Source of the DNA: Thermodesulfobacteriales bacterium
GTDB lineage: Bacteria > Desulfobacterota > Thermodesulfobacteria > Thermodesulfobacteriales > Thermodesulfatatoraceae
Assembly: GCA_026986115.1 (NCBI GenBank)
Contig: JALSPG010000018.1
Span: 1-61,356 of the forward strand
Length of the DNA stretch: 61,356 nucleotides
Direction of reading: 5' to 3'
Below are positions 18,017-28,579 of this stretch, one piece after another. A model generated the notes under the pieces. That model was not told where the DNA came from, ran no database searches, and was given only the letters and a program-made list of their open reading frames with translations. The position numbers and the translations under genes were made by a program. Positions within the stretch are counted from its first letter, which is position 1; the number at the start of each line of letters is the position of its first letter.

Positions 18017-19240
18017 ATGATCAATGCGGCGGATACAGCTTTTTTAATGGTTTCAGCGGCCTTAGTCCTTCTAATGACCCCGGCTTTGAGTGTCTTTTAC
18101 GGGGGGTTGGTTCGTAAAAAGAACGTCCTCGGGACCATCATGCAAAGTCTGGCCTGTATTACTCTGGTCAGTTTGCTCTGGATCTATGTGGGTTATACAT
18201 TAGCTTTTGGCCCGGATATCAAAGGTTTTATCGGAGGACTTAAATATTTGGCTTTAAAGGGGGTAGGGCAGGAGCCAAGCCCTACTTATGCCTCTACTGT
18301 ACCTCATCTCGTTTTTATGATTTATCAATGTATGTTTGCCATTATAACACCAGCCCTCATTACCGGAGCCTTTGCAGAGCGTGTTCGTTTTAAAGGATTT
18401 CTTCTTTTTACTGCCCTCTGGTCTCTCTTGGTATATAGTCCTGTCTGTCATTGGATTTGGGGTGGTGGTTGGTTGGCCCAGAAAGGGGTACTTGATTTTG
18501 CAGGAGGACTAGTTGTCCATCTTACCTGTGGAGTAGCAGCGTTAGCCTCTGCCTTGGTGATCGGCCCTCGCAAAGGTTTTCATCGTGAGGCCTTTATGCC
18601 CCACAATCTTCCTCTTACCGTTATTGGGACCGGCCTGCTTTGGTTTGGCTGGTTTGGATTTAACGGAGGCTCGGCCTTGGCAGCAAATGGTATTGCTGCT
18701 CAAGCCTTTGTTAATACTCATCTTGCTGGAGCCGTTGGCCTAGGGACCTGGGCTCTCATAGAATGGATCCATCAGGGTAAACCCACTACCCTCGGGGCTT
18801 GCAGTGGTGCTATTGCAGGGCTAGCTACCATTACACCAGCGGCAGGTTTTGTTTCGGCTCACAGTGCAATTTTGATAGGTTTTCTTGCAGGATTGATCTG
18901 TTACGGAGCGGTATTGCTCAAAAATGTCCTGGGTTATGATGACAGCCTGGATGTAGTGGGAATTCACGGGGTAGGAGGTCTTCTTGGGACTTTTTGTTTA
19001 GGTCTTCTAGCTTCCAAAGCTATTAATCCAGATGGAGCAAATGGTCTCCTCGTAGGAGGAGGTAGCGCCTTTTTGGCCTCTCAAATCCTGGGCATTGTAG
19101 TGGTGGGAATTTACACTTTTGTAGTAACTTGGCTGCTTCTCAAAATAGCAGATGTAATTTTTGGAATCCGGGTGGAACCGGAAGAAGAAGTTGCTGGTCT
19201 TGATCTGACAGAACATAGTGAAACGGCATATTATCTTTAA
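18017..19240 (+). CDS. amtB: Ammonium transporter
   Basis: FAIITPALITGAFAER, DFAGGLVVH, GLLWFGWFGFNGGS, DDSLDVVGIHG. Confidence 0.97.
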   Translation: MINAADTAFLMVSAALVLLMTPALSVFYGGLVRKKNVLGTIMQSLACITLVSLLWIYVGYTLAFGPDIKGFIGGLKYLALKGVGQEPSPTYASTVPHLVFMIYQCMFAIITPALITGAFAERVRFKGFLLFTALWSLLVYSPVCHWIWGGGWLAQKGVLDFAGGLVVHLTCGVAALASALVIGPRKGFHREAFMPHNLPLTVIGTGLLWFGWFGFNGGSALAANGIAAQAFVNTHLAGAVGLGTWALIEWIHQGKPTTLGACSGAIAGLATITPAAGFVSAHSAILIGFLAGLICYGAVLLKNVLGYDDSLDVVGIHGVGGLLGTFCLGLLASKAINPDGANGLLVGGGSAFLASQILGIVVVGIYTFVVTWLLLKIADVIFGIRVEPEEEVAGLDLTEHSETAYYL

Positions 19241-19245
19241 CTTCG

Positions 19246-19267
19246 CGGGGGCTAAGCCCCCGTTTTT
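19246..19267 (+). terminator. Intrinsic terminator after amt-1
   Basis: CGGGGGCT-AA-GCCCCCG hairpin followed by TTTTT. Confidence 0.75.
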
Positions 19268-19273
19268 ATTATT

Positions 19274-19398
19274 GAGACCTTTGTAAAACATCTTTTCTTA
19301 AGGCCCGGTCAAGGATCCGTTCCCATTTTTTAGAACGAAAAATGGGAACGGATCCCCTATAGTTGCAAGACTGCCTATAGCCATTTTGCGAAGGTCTC
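19274..19398. mobile_element. 125-bp MITE with IS5/IS1106-like terminal inverted repeats
   Basis: Left end GAGACCTTTGTAAAA, right end TTTTGCGAAGGTCTC (13/15 inverted match). TTATT flanks both ends. Internal hairpin GGATCCGTTCCCATTTTT...AAAAATGGGAACGGATCC. Confidence 0.7.
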
Positions 19399-19450
19399 TT
19401 ATTATAAGGCATTAAAGGCTCCTAATAATCTCCAGTAAGAATAAAAAGCT

Positions 19451-20092
19451 TTAAACATAGGCCAAAAGAAGTTTAGAATTACCGGTAGGAGAGAGAAGTT
19501 TTTCTACTTTTGAAAAATATTTTTCCAGGAAAGGTTTTTCATCTTTGGCAAAAGCCCGGTTTTCGTAGGAGCCCATACTTGCTAGGCGTAGATAATAAAG
19601 TGCTCTCACTAGTGGATTTTGGGGTTCACAATGTTCCATCATGCCAAATACCCCGCCGGGTTTAAGGACACGTTTGATCTCTTTCAGGGTGGCTTCTCTT
19701 GTAGCAGAATCCAGTTCGTACATGGCATGAGAGCAAGTAACTATGTCAAAAGATTGAGAAATAAAAGGTAGCTCTCCTACATTGGCTAAGACCCAAAAGA
19801 GACGGGGATGTTTTAAAGAGAGCCCCTTTTTGTAAGCTTTGCGAAGCATTCCCTCTGAAAAATCAACTCCTACAATGAGACCTTTATCAGAGATCAAACG
19901 TGTTGCAGCTAGAGCTACGGCTCCTGTTCCGGTACAAAGATCCAGCAGAAAGGCCGAATCTTTAACCCCCGTCTTTTCTAATAAAAAATAGCGCAAAAAA
20001 GAGGATTTATCCCGGCTATGGAGGGCGATAATCCGGTCATAAATATGGGAAAAAAGGTCGTAATAGCGTCTGCGCCAGCGTTTCATTTTCAA
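19451..20092 (-). CDS. Class I SAM-dependent methyltransferase (UbiE/MenG-like)
   Basis: LLDLCTGTG, GVDFSEGML, LPF...FDIV, RVLKPGG. Confidence 0.9.
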   Translation of the reverse strand: MKMKRWRRRYYDLFSHIYDRIIALHSRDKSSFLRYFLLEKTGVKDSAFLLDLCTGTGAVALAATRLISDKGLIVGVDFSEGMLRKAYKKGLSLKHPRLFWVLANVGELPFISQSFDIVTCSHAMYELDSATREATLKEIKRVLKPGGVFGMMEHCEPQNPLVRALYYLRLASMGSYENRAFAKDEKPFLEKYFSKVEKLLSPTGNSKLLLAYV

Positions 20093-20240
20093 TTACTCTT
20101 GGATTATACATTATTGAAAAAGATCTTTGCAAAAGGGGGGATCTATTTTATTTCATGAAAAGAACCACTCAATGGGGTAGAGACTTTTAAATAGGAACGG
20201 ATCCTAAAGAGTAATGTCGAAAAAATGCTTCCAGTAATAA

Positions 20241-21299
20241 ATGGCTAATTTCCTTCAGAAAACCTACGGCTTTTTCCTCAAGGAGTGGCTTCTTTCAGGA
20301 GCTTTTGTAGGTTTGATCCTTACTTCTTTGCTTGGCAAACGGCTTCCTCATTATACCTACCAAGACGCAGAGGTTCTCTTCGTTCTATGGGTTTACCTTC
20401 TTTTGATCAAAGGTCTTGAAAGGAAAGGTTTTTTTAAGTCCTTGGCCACTCGTTTAGTAGTGGCCACAAGGCAGGGTTAAAGCTTATTTTGGGAATTTTT
20501 GCTTTGGCAATGTTTGTTACCAACGATGCCGCGGTATTGATAGGCGTTCCCTTGGCTCTGGAACTCAATGTGAGACATAAAGAACTTTTGGTTGTTATGC
20601 TTGCCCTGGCGGCTAATGCCGGTTCTGCCCTTACACCTTTTGGTAATCCCAGAATCTTTTTCTATACTGGTTTTATCAGCTTCAATTTTTTGAATTTTTA
20701 AGAGCTATTTATCTTTTAGTTTTAGGTTGTGGAGTTATTCTTTTGTGCTTGGCAATTTTTTTCTGGGGCAAATCTCCACCCTGTAAACTTCCTAAATCCC
20801 GTTTTTCTCTTTTTAATTTTTCCTTTCTAGCTATTTTCTTGCTTTTCATTTTAGTGGTGATAAAAATCTTACCTTTTTATGTGACAATAGTTATTTTATT
20901 TATGATTTTTGTTTTAGATATTAATTGCCTGAAAGTCGATTATCCATTATTACTTACTTTCTTTTTTTCTTTGGTTTTACTGATAATCTTAAAAACATTT
21001 TACATTTCCATTTTTCAGATCCTCTCCATGTCTTTTTGGGATCACTTATAACCAGCCAATTTATCAGTAATGTTCCCGCTACCCTTCTTTTTTGTGATTT
21101 TACCCATTATTGGATTCCTTTATTGTGGGGTGTAAATGTAGGTGGTTTTGGAAGTCTTTTTGGCTCTCTTGCTAATCTTATAGCCTATCGCCTTTATGTC
21201 CGACAGACGACTTCTGAACGTTATTTCTTTTTTCTATTTCATCTGTTGAGCTATTTCTTTCTCTTCTGGGGGATTTTTCTTTATTTTGTTTTTTACTAG
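20241..21299 (+). pseudogene. Anion/dicarboxylate permease (CitMHS/YbiR-like), several frameshifts
   Basis: Four consecutive fragments in different frames carry AMFVTNDAA, AANAGSALTPFGNP, SQFISNVPATLL and GVNVGGFGSLFGSLANLI. Confidence 0.85.
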
Positions 21300-21312
21300 T
21301 TTTCCTCTTAGG

Positions 21313-21342
21313 GAAGGGGCGGGACGAATCTCCCGCCCCTTT
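21313..21342 (-). terminator. Hairpin between the convergent permease and amt-2
   Basis: AAGGGGCGGGA-cgaatc-TCCCGCCCCTT. Confidence 0.6.
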
Positions 21343-21355
21343 GGGGAGGGTGCTA

Positions 21356-22570
21356 TTACGAGAGGTAATAGCCACTTTCACCGTGTTCCGAAAGGTCAAG
21401 GCCTTGGATTTCGGCCTCTCTTTCAACTCTCAATCCCACCAAGAGTTTGACTATTTTTAGAAGAATAAAAGAAAGGACGAAACAATAGATAACCGCTGTA
21501 AAGGCTCCGATAGCTTGAATCCAAAGCTGTTTGGCGTTTCCGAAGAGAAGGCCATTGGCACCACCAGGGTTAACAGCCGTGCTAGCAAAAACCCCGGTAA
21601 TGAGAGCCCCGAAAAGGCCGCCTACACCGTGGACTCCTACTACATCCAGAGCATCATCATAGCCGATTTTCGGTTTTAAAAGGACAGCAAGGTAGCAAAT
21701 GATACCGGCACCTATACCAATAATGATACTACTCCATACCGGGACAAAGCCAGCGGCAGGGGTAATTGCTACCAGTCCTGCTACGGCACCGGATACAGCT
21801 CCGAGCGTGGTGGGTTTGCCTTGAAATACCCATTCTGCAAAGGCCCAGGAAAGTGCAGCAAGCCCTGCTGCAAGATGAGTATTCATGAAGGCCAGGACGG
21901 CAATATTATCTGCTGCTAGGGCTGAACCCGCATTGAACCCAAACCAGCCAAACCAGAGAAGCCCTGCTCCCAAGACGGTAAGGGGGAGATTGTGAGGATG
22001 AATGGGTTCTCGCCGCCAGCTCAAGCGTGGACCAAGGGCCAAGGCCGCCGCCAAGGCCGAGGCTCCGCTTGCGATGTGAATTACCGTTCCCCCGGCAAAG
22101 TCAAGGGCCCCAAGCTCCCCTATCCAGCCACCTCCCCAAACCCAATGGCATAAGGGGAGATAAACAAAAGTAAGCCAGAGGGCCGTAAAAAGTAAATAAG
22201 CCGAAAATTTCATCCGTTCCGCAAAGGCTCCTGTGATTAAGGCGGGGGTGATAATGGCAAACATGAGCTGGAAGGCGCAAAAAAGAAGATGGGGAATGCT
22301 ATCCGCAGGCCCCGGCTCAAAACCTACTCCTTTTAAGAAAAGATAGGATAAATCACCAATAATTTTTCCTTTGTCAGGGCCAAAAGCCAAACTGTATCCA
22401 TAAATAAACCAGATGAGACTTATAAGACCCAAGGCAATAAAGCATTGCATGATGATAGAAAGGACGTTCTTGGACCTTACCAGACCACCATAAAAAAGGG
22501 CTAGACCAGGGGTCATCAGCATGACCAGAGCAGTGGCTACCATCATAAAGGCTACATCACCTACATTCAT
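21356..22570 (-). CDS. amtB: Ammonium transporter (second paralogue)
   Basis: Same Amt motifs (DFAGGTVIH, DDALDVVGVHG). Start MNVGD at 22570 follows a GGAGG RBS. Confidence 0.97.
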   Translation of the reverse strand: MNVGDVAFMMVATALVMLMTPGLALFYGGLVRSKNVLSIIMQCFIALGLISLIWFIYGYSLAFGPDKGKIIGDLSYLFLKGVGFEPGPADSIPHLLFCAFQLMFAIITPALITGAFAERMKFSAYLLFTALWLTFVYLPLCHWVWGGGWIGELGALDFAGGTVIHIASGASALAAALALGPRLSWRREPIHPHNLPLTVLGAGLLWFGWFGFNAGSALAADNIAVLAFMNTHLAAGLAALSWAFAEWVFQGKPTTLGAVSGAVAGLVAITPAAGFVPVWSSIIIGIGAGIICYLAVLLKPKIGYDDALDVVGVHGVGGLFGALITGVFASTAVNPGGANGLLFGNAKQLWIQAIGAFTAVIYCFVLSFILLKIVKLLVGLRVEREAEIQGLDLSEHGESGYYLS

Positions 22571-22604
22571 AAAAACCCTCCCAAATTTTTTAAAACTAGA
22601 ATAA

Positions 22605-22620
22605 AGCAAAAGGTGTGCCT
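22605..22620 (-). promoter_or_regulatory. sigma54 promoter of amt-2
   Basis: Minus strand AGGCAC-ACCTT-TTGCT, close to the -24/-12 consensus. Confidence 0.75.
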
Positions 22621-22738
22621 ATAACTTTAAATACCAGGAAAAACAGCAGTTATAAAAATTTCCGATTTGAAAAGTAGGAATAAAGATAACAAAAATGGAA
22701 AATAGTTTTGAAGAGCTTTTACAAATTTGTGAAGAATT

Positions 22739-23209
22739 TTAGCTTTTATCGAGGCAAAACTCAATGAAAAGTTTCGAACCGTTGAGAGAAAAAGGGATTA
22801 CAAGCCTTTTGGATTTACACAAAATATCCAAAACGTGATTTTCTCCGGTTACGATTACGGGGGTAGAGCTTTGGAGGCTGATGCCGTTTTGTTCGAAACG
22901 ACGTCTAAAGGCCCCGCAAATCATATTAGCCATTTCACCCGCGGCATCCCTTGCTTCGTCGTTAATATCTTCTGGTTTTTGGCCAAAAAGGGATTCTACA
23001 ATCCCCAAGATGCAGTCCCTATTAAAACTTACAACAAAACTTCCACTGAAGCCCTTTCCTGTAAGGCCCAAGACCGCCGATACCTCTCCTAAGGCCTCGA
23101 GTTCGTGTCTGATGAAACTCTTTTCTGCTTCCGGTGCGGTACCAGTAAAGGTCATAAGGACCTCTTTTACGGAATCTTTAAGGGCGTCGAGAATAAGGGA
23201 CTGACTCAT
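22739..23209 (-). CDS. cheX: CheX-family chemotaxis phosphatase
   Basis: VSAVLGLTG, DAAGEMANMICG, STPVIVTG. Confidence 0.9.
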   Translation of the reverse strand: MSQSLILDALKDSVKEVLMTFTGTAPEAEKSFIRHELEALGEVSAVLGLTGKGFSGSFVVSFNRDCILGIVESLFGQKPEDINDEARDAAGEMANMICGAFRRRFEQNGISLQSSTPVIVTGENHVLDILCKSKRLVIPFSLNGSKLFIEFCLDKS

Positions 23210-23331
23210 TTAAATCCTCCTTTTAGTTTTTTCTTACCTTTCGATCTCGAGCGCAAAAACTTAAATGAAATTTAGAATTTACATTTTCGTTCAAATGCCT
23301 AATTTCAAAATAAAGAAGAGGAGGGCAGGCC

Positions 23332-24348
23332 ATGAAAGAGGCGATGCTTTATGAAAAACAGGAAGATCGAGTGGTGAAATGCAATCTTTGTAATCATCAT
23401 TGTAAAATTCCGCCTGCTAAATTTGGTATCTGCCATGTTCGTTACAATGAAAATGGCATTCTTTATTCCCTTGTTTACGGAAAGATTATTGCCAAACATG
23501 TAGATCCTATTGAGAAGAAACCCCTTTTCCATTTTTTGCCTGGTTCCCGGAGTTATTCTATTGGCACGGTGGGGTGTAATTTTCAGTGTGATTTCTGCCA
23601 AAATTTTGAGATTTCTCAATATCCGCGCTTAGAAGGCCGGGTAATAGGCGAAGAGACTACTCCAGAAGAAGTGGTAGAAGCTGCTTTAGCTACGGCCTCT
23701 CAAACTATCTCTTATACTTATAATGAACCCACTATCTTTTTTGAATTTGCCTATGACTGTGCCCGGCTAGCTACAAAAAAGGGGCTCCGAAACGTTTTTG
23801 TTTCAAATGGCTATATGACCACTGAGGCCCTAGACACCATTCATCCATACCTTCACGGGGCCAACATAGATCTTAAGGCCTTTCGTGAAGAATTTTATCG
23901 CAAACATTGCAAAGCCCGTCTAGCTCCTGTACTTGATACTCTCAAGCATCTTAAGAAATTAGGAGTGTGGTTAGAAGTTACCACTTTGGTAATCCCTGGA
24001 GAAAATGACGATCCTCAGGAGCTTCGGGATATTGCCCGGTTTATCCGGGAAGAGTTAGGCCCTGAAACTCCTTGGCATGTCACCAGATTTTATCCTCGCT
24101 ATCAGCTCCTTACCCGACCGGCTACTCCGGTAGAAACCCTGCGTACAGCTTATCGAATTGGAAAGGAAGAAGGGCTTAAGTATGTCTATACTGGAAATGT
24201 ACCAGGAGAGGAAGGAGAGAATACCTATTGTTGGCAATGCGGGGCTCTTCTTATCGAACGTTACGGCTTTATGGTAAACACTTTTCGTATCACCGAAAAA
24301 GGGGCCTGTCCTGAGTGCGGGACCAAAATTGACGGCGTATGGGAATAG
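23332..24348 (+). CDS. amrS: AmmeMemoRadiSam system radical SAM enzyme
   Basis: DPIEKKPLFHFLPG, GCNFQCDFCQN, YTYNEP, N- and C-terminal Cys clusters. Confidence 0.92.
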   Translation: MKEAMLYEKQEDRVVKCNLCNHHCKIPPAKFGICHVRYNENGILYSLVYGKIIAKHVDPIEKKPLFHFLPGSRSYSIGTVGCNFQCDFCQNFEISQYPRLEGRVIGEETTPEEVVEAALATASQTISYTYNEPTIFFEFAYDCARLATKKGLRNVFVSNGYMTTEALDTIHPYLHGANIDLKAFREEFYRKHCKARLAPVLDTLKHLKKLGVWLEVTTLVIPGENDDPQELRDIARFIREELGPETPWHVTRFYPRYQLLTRPATPVETLRTAYRIGKEEGLKYVYTGNVPGEEGENTYCWQCGALLIERYGFMVNTFRITEKGACPECGTKIDGVWE

Positions 24349-25340
24349 AAAGAATCTTTCTGGAACATGGAAGCGGGGGGCGGGCTACTTCACAACTTCT
24401 TGAAGAGATTATCCTTCCTATTTTAGGAGAGGTCTCTCTTTTAGACAGCGCTCTTCTTGAGGGACAATCTTGGGAAGGGCTAGCCTTTACTACCGATAGT
24501 TTTGTGGTGGACCCGCTTTTTTTCCCAGGAGGAGACATAGGCTCCCTTGCTGTTCACGGTACGGTAAATGATCTTGCTATGGTAGGGGCTGCCCCTCTTT
24601 TCCTTTCGGTGGCCCTTATTTTGGAAGAAGGTTTAGAAACGGCCATTCTGCGCAAAGTGCTTTCTTCTTTAGCGAAAGCAGCTGAAGAGGCCCGGGTGAA
24701 GGTAATATGTGGTGATACAAAAGTGGTTCCCCGGGGTAAAGGAGACAAAATATTTATCAACACAAGTGGCTTAGGAAGACTTGGCAAATGGAGACCAGCG
24801 CCGGAAAAACTTTTACCAGGAGATAAAATTTTAGTCTCTGGCCCTATAGCAGAGCATGGTATTACGGTTTTAGCAGCCCGAGAAGGATTGGGGCTTCAAG
24901 GGCTAAAAAGTGATTCTCAAGCTCTTCATCAAATTGTCCTGCCCCTTTTGGAGAAGTTTGGCTCTCAAATTAAATTCCTTCGCGATCCTACCCGAGGAGG
25001 GTTAGCCTCGGTACTACATGAATGTGCTACCGAGTGTGGTTTCAGTTTCTTGCTTGAGGAAGAAAAAATACCCTTAAGCCCTCAGGTGCGAGCAGGTTGC
25101 GAAATATTGGGGCTAGACCCTCTTTATCTGGCTTGTGAAGGTCGTTTCGTTGCTATTTGCAGGGGGGAGATGGCAGAAAACATCTTGCATTTTCTCAAGA
25201 GTTTTGAAGCCTCCTCTCAGGCTGCCATCATTGGTGAGGTAATTCCTTTTGTGGATTTTCCCCTCTTTCTCAAGACCCGAATTGGGGGGATGCGACCGGT
25301 GCCTCCTCTTTCTGGGGAGCCTCTTCCTCGGATTTGTTGA
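24339..25340 (+). CDS. hypE: Hydrogenase maturation protein HypE
   Basis: [37 protein letters not shown]-terminal LPRIC. Confidence 0.96.
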   Translation: MGIERIFLEHGSGGRATSQLLEEIILPILGEVSLLDSALLEGQSWEGLAFTTDSFVVDPLFFPGGDIGSLAVHGTVNDLAMVGAAPLFLSVALILEEGLETAILRKVLSSLAKAAEEARVKVICGDTKVVPRGKGDKIFINTSGLGRLGKWRPAPEKLLPGDKILVSGPIAEHGITVLAAREGLGLQGLKSDSQALHQIVLPLLEKFGSQIKFLRDPTRGGLASVLHECATECGFSFLLEEEKIPLSPQVRAGCEILGLDPLYLACEGRFVAICRGEMAENILHFLKSFEASSQAAIIGEVIPFVDFPLFLKTRIGGMRPVPPLSGEPLPRIC

Positions 25341-25395
25341 AGTTGTGGAGCTTTGCGTTAAGTTTCCTGCTGACTTAATCTTGTGGAGGACAATA

Positions 25396-26610
25396 ATGAA
25401 AGATTTTACCTCTGAAGAACAGTTGGCTTATCTCAAACGAGGAACGGTGGAGATCATCGAAGAAGAAGAGCTCCTTTCCAAACTTAAACGTTCACGCGAA
25501 AAAGGGGTTCCTCTCAAAGTAAAAGCTGGCTTTGACCCCACGGCCCCCGATCTTCACCTTGGTCATACCGTTCTCCTGCGGAAGATGCGTCATTTCCAAG
25601 ATTTAGGCCATGAAGTCTACTTTCTCATTGGAGATTTTACCGCTATGATTGGTGACCCTTCTGGGCGTTCGGAAACAAGGCCCCCTCTTACAAAAGAACA
25701 GGTTTTAGAAAACGCCAAAACTTATAAGGAACAGGTTTTTAAGATTCTTGATCCTCAAAAGACGAAAGTGGTCTTTAACAGTGAATGGATGTCTAAATTT
25801 ACGGCGGAAGATTTTATTAGACTCTGTGCCAAATATACTGTGGCCAGAATGCTTGAGAGAGAAGATTTCAAAAAACGTTTTGAAAGCAGGCGTCCCATTG
25901 CCATCCACGAGCTCATCTATCCCCTGATACAGGCTTACGATTCGGTTGCCCTTCAGGCTGATGTAGAGCTTGGGGGTACAGACCAACGTTTTAATCTTCT
26001 AGTAGGGCGCGATATTCAGCGTGAATATGGTCAGGAACCCCAGGTGATCATTACTGTTCCCATTCTGGAAGGGCTAGATGGGGTCCAGAAAATGAGCAAA
26101 TCCTTGGGAAATTATGTGGGAATCACCGAGTCTCCCCAAGAGATGTTCGGCAAAATTATGTCCATCAGCGATGAACTTATGTGGCGGTATTACGAGCTCT
26201 TAACCGATGTTCCTCTAGAAGAAATTGCGCGTTGGAAAGAAGAAGTTTCTGCTGGGCGTATCAATCCTCGCGATCTCAAGATGCAACTCGCCAAAGAGAT
26301 TGTGGCCCGGTATCACTCTCCAGAGGCAGCAGAAAAGGCGGCTCACGAATTTGAAAAAGTATTTTCTAAAAAGGGTGTCCCAGAGGAGATGCCTGAAGTT
26401 TTGATTTCAGAGGCCAAAGTATGGCTTCCCAAATTTTTAAAAGAACAAAGTTTGGTAAAGAGCACTTCAGAGGGGAAACGCTTGATTGCTCAGGGAGGAG
26501 TCCATATAGATGGGCAAAAGATAAAAGATGAAAATTTTGTTTTCTCTTCGGGTAAACACTATGTTTTCCGGGTTGGGAAGAAGCGCTTTTTAAGGGTGAT
26601 TGTGAAATGA
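25396..26610 (+). CDS. tyrS: Tyrosine--tRNA ligase
   Basis: [27 protein letters not shown]4 domain. Start MKDF after GGAGG. Confidence 0.97.
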   Translation: MKDFTSEEQLAYLKRGTVEIIEEEELLSKLKRSREKGVPLKVKAGFDPTAPDLHLGHTVLLRKMRHFQDLGHEVYFLIGDFTAMIGDPSGRSETRPPLTKEQVLENAKTYKEQVFKILDPQKTKVVFNSEWMSKFTAEDFIRLCAKYTVARMLEREDFKKRFESRRPIAIHELIYPLIQAYDSVALQADVELGGTDQRFNLLVGRDIQREYGQEPQVIITVPILEGLDGVQKMSKSLGNYVGITESPQEMFGKIMSISDELMWRYYELLTDVPLEEIARWKEEVSAGRINPRDLKMQLAKEIVARYHSPEAAEKAAHEFEKVFSKKGVPEEMPEVLISEAKVWLPKFLKEQSLVKSTSEGKRLIAQGGVHIDGQKIKDENFVFSSGKHYVFRVGKKRFLRVIVK

Positions 26611-27384
26611 TAAGCGTGGAGGCATATAGCCTTCTAGTGAAAAATAGATTTTACGAAATCCCAAAGACCGGAAAAATTTGACGATTTCTTCTCGAAAGGT
26701 GAAGGCCTTTTCGATCTCTTCTGGCCCTAATTCTATGAGGGCTACTTTTTGTATTAAACGAACCCGTATCTTACGCCATCCTTGGGCTTCCAAGTAGTCT
26801 TCGGCCACTTTGAGGAGCGCAATCTTCTGTGGTGTGATTTCCTCCCCGGGTAGAAAACGAGTTGCCAAACAGGGGGAAGGCTCTTGTTTATAATAATCAA
26901 GTCTTTCTCTTTTGGCTATCACACGGAGATCTTCTTTTTTGAACCCTATTTCCTTAAGGGGGCTCAAAATGCCAAGTTCTTTTAAGGCTTCGAGTCCAGG
27001 GCGATCTTCTTCCAGATCTTCTGCTTGTGTACCGTCTGCTAGGGGAAAGCGCGAAAATTTTTGGATTTCGGCAAACATAGCGCGTTTACAATGGTAGCAC
27101 CGGTTGGGAGGATTTTGGCGGAAGTTCTCAAGGCTTAAATGGTCAAAAGGTAATATGAGATGTTCAACTTTAAGTTTTGCAGTAAGGAGTTGGGCCCGGA
27201 TGAGGTCCCTTTCAGGCATAATTATAGAAGAAACCGAAATAGCTTGCAGCCTTCCAGGGCCCAAGATTTTTTGGGCCAAAATAAGAAGGACACTGCTATC
27301 AATACCCCCTGAAAGGGCTATTGTGAGGCCTGGAAGGCCTTTCAAATAAGCCTCAAGTTTTTTTAACTTGGCTCCGACAGCCAC
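26590..27384 (-). CDS. larE: ATP-dependent sacrificial sulfur transferase LarE-like
   Basis: [11 protein letters not shown]-loop, NRCYHCK, DRPG, SPCLATR. Confidence 0.88.
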   Translation of the reverse strand: MAVGAKLKKLEAYLKGLPGLTIALSGGIDSSVLLILAQKILGPGRLQAISVSSIIMPERDLIRAQLLTAKLKVEHLILPFDHLSLENFRQNPPNRCYHCKRAMFAEIQKFSRFPLADGTQAEDLEEDRPGLEALKELGILSPLKEIGFKKEDLRVIAKRERLDYYKQEPSPCLATRFLPGEEITPQKIALLKVAEDYLEAQGWRKIRVRLIQKVALIELGPEEIEKAFTFREEIVKFFRSLGFRKIYFSLEGYMPPRLSFHNHP

Positions 27385-28568
27385 TAGCGAAAGGGATAAA
27401 GCTCCGTGCTTGGAAAAGGCGCTTGAGGTTCGGAGAGAAGAAATTTTTTATCTTTTATCCAACTTTTGAGGATTTCAGCGATCTGGCGAGCGCGTACGTA
27501 ACTAGATAAAGGCACAGTAGGGATTTCTTTGTCTAAAATTTTAATTTTTCCGCTCTTAAGCTCGGCATAACTCACTGTACCGTAAGAACGCTTGACCCCA
27601 TTGGGATAATCGTAGCCATAATCGACAACTTGAGTGAAAATCTCTTCATCAGGAGTTCCTGCAAAAGCAGCAATCTCTTCATTAAGGATCGGGATAGGGA
27701 CCCCAACACCTACTGCCAGCGAGCAGCCATAGCCTAAGATACTCACTCCTACCAGCCATTCCGGTTTCATCTGTTTTAGATCACCATAAACCATAAGAGT
27801 TGCTCCAGGAGCCATAGGAAGGCCCTTTTCCGTACGGGGAACTTTGAAATTACACTGTGTACCAGCCCAGGCTACATAACCTATACCACCACCTAAGAAG
27901 ATCCGCGTGCCAACTCCGATGGTTTTTAGATAGGGATCCTTAAAAAGCGGAGAAAGCTGCCCGGCTGTAGCATAATTGGCGTTTGCTGCTCGAGGCCGCA
28001 AAACTCCCATGTAGGTATAAATTGTTTTGTCAGAAAGATTGATGGCACAATTATAGTTTTGATAAGCATTCCTCGGATTACAAAGGAGGGCATAAGGAAG
28101 ATCTTTCAAGGTAACTTCTTTTTCAAGATACTTACGGGGGTAACAATGTGTCCCGTATGCTTTGGCTTTTAAGAGGATAGTTTTGCCAGCCACTAAATCG
28201 TGAATTACATGCCCCCCACCGTAGCGAAATTCTCCTGGATAGACTTTGTTTAAAGGGTCGTCTTCGGTGGGTTCAGTAGCTCCCAGATAGATATCCACCG
28301 CGGCAATGCCAGCGTAGGCCGGTACACCATTTAGCCAGACCCGATGAGCCTTAATAGCAGGGACAGAATGGCCAAAATTTATGAAAACTCCAGAGGAACA
28401 CATGGGTGCAAAAGTTCCCGTAGTAACTACATCTACTCCAGCAGCAGCTTCTTCGGGGCCATTTTCCTTTACAATGTTTACCATTTCTTCTGCGGTAACT
28501 ACTACTGCTTCACCGCGTCGAATTTTTTCGTTAATTTCGTCAATACTCTTGCAGATTTTATATCCCAT
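27384..28568 (-). CDS. DUF39 homocysteine biosynthesis (aspartate-semialdehyde sulfurtransferase) protein
   Basis: INEKIRRGEAVVVTAEEM, VDVVTTGTFAPMCSSG, NPRNAYQNY, GTRIFLGG. Confidence 0.9.
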   Translation of the reverse strand: MGYKICKSIDEINEKIRRGEAVVVTAEEMVNIVKENGPEEAAAGVDVVTTGTFAPMCSSGVFINFGHSVPAIKAHRVWLNGVPAYAGIAAVDIYLGATEPTEDDPLNKVYPGEFRYGGGHVIHDLVAGKTILLKAKAYGTHCYPRKYLEKEVTLKDLPYALLCNPRNAYQNYNCAINLSDKTIYTYMGVLRPRAANANYATAGQLSPLFKDPYLKTIGVGTRIFLGGGIGYVAWAGTQCNFKVPRTEKGLPMAPGATLMVYGDLKQMKPEWLVGVSILGYGCSLAVGVGVPIPILNEEIAAFAGTPDEEIFTQVVDYGYDYPNGVKRSYGTVSYAELKSGKIKILDKEIPTVPLSSYVRARQIAEILKSWIKDKKFLLSEPQAPFPSTELYPFR

Positions 28569-28579
28569 GCAATCCTCCT

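Noticed and set aside
22571-22609. N-terminal extension of amt-2
   Set aside because: The TTG lies inside the sigma54 -12 element; the RBS supports 22570.
25249-25395. N-terminal extension of tyrS
   Set aside because: Overlaps hypE; the GGAGG RBS supports 25396.
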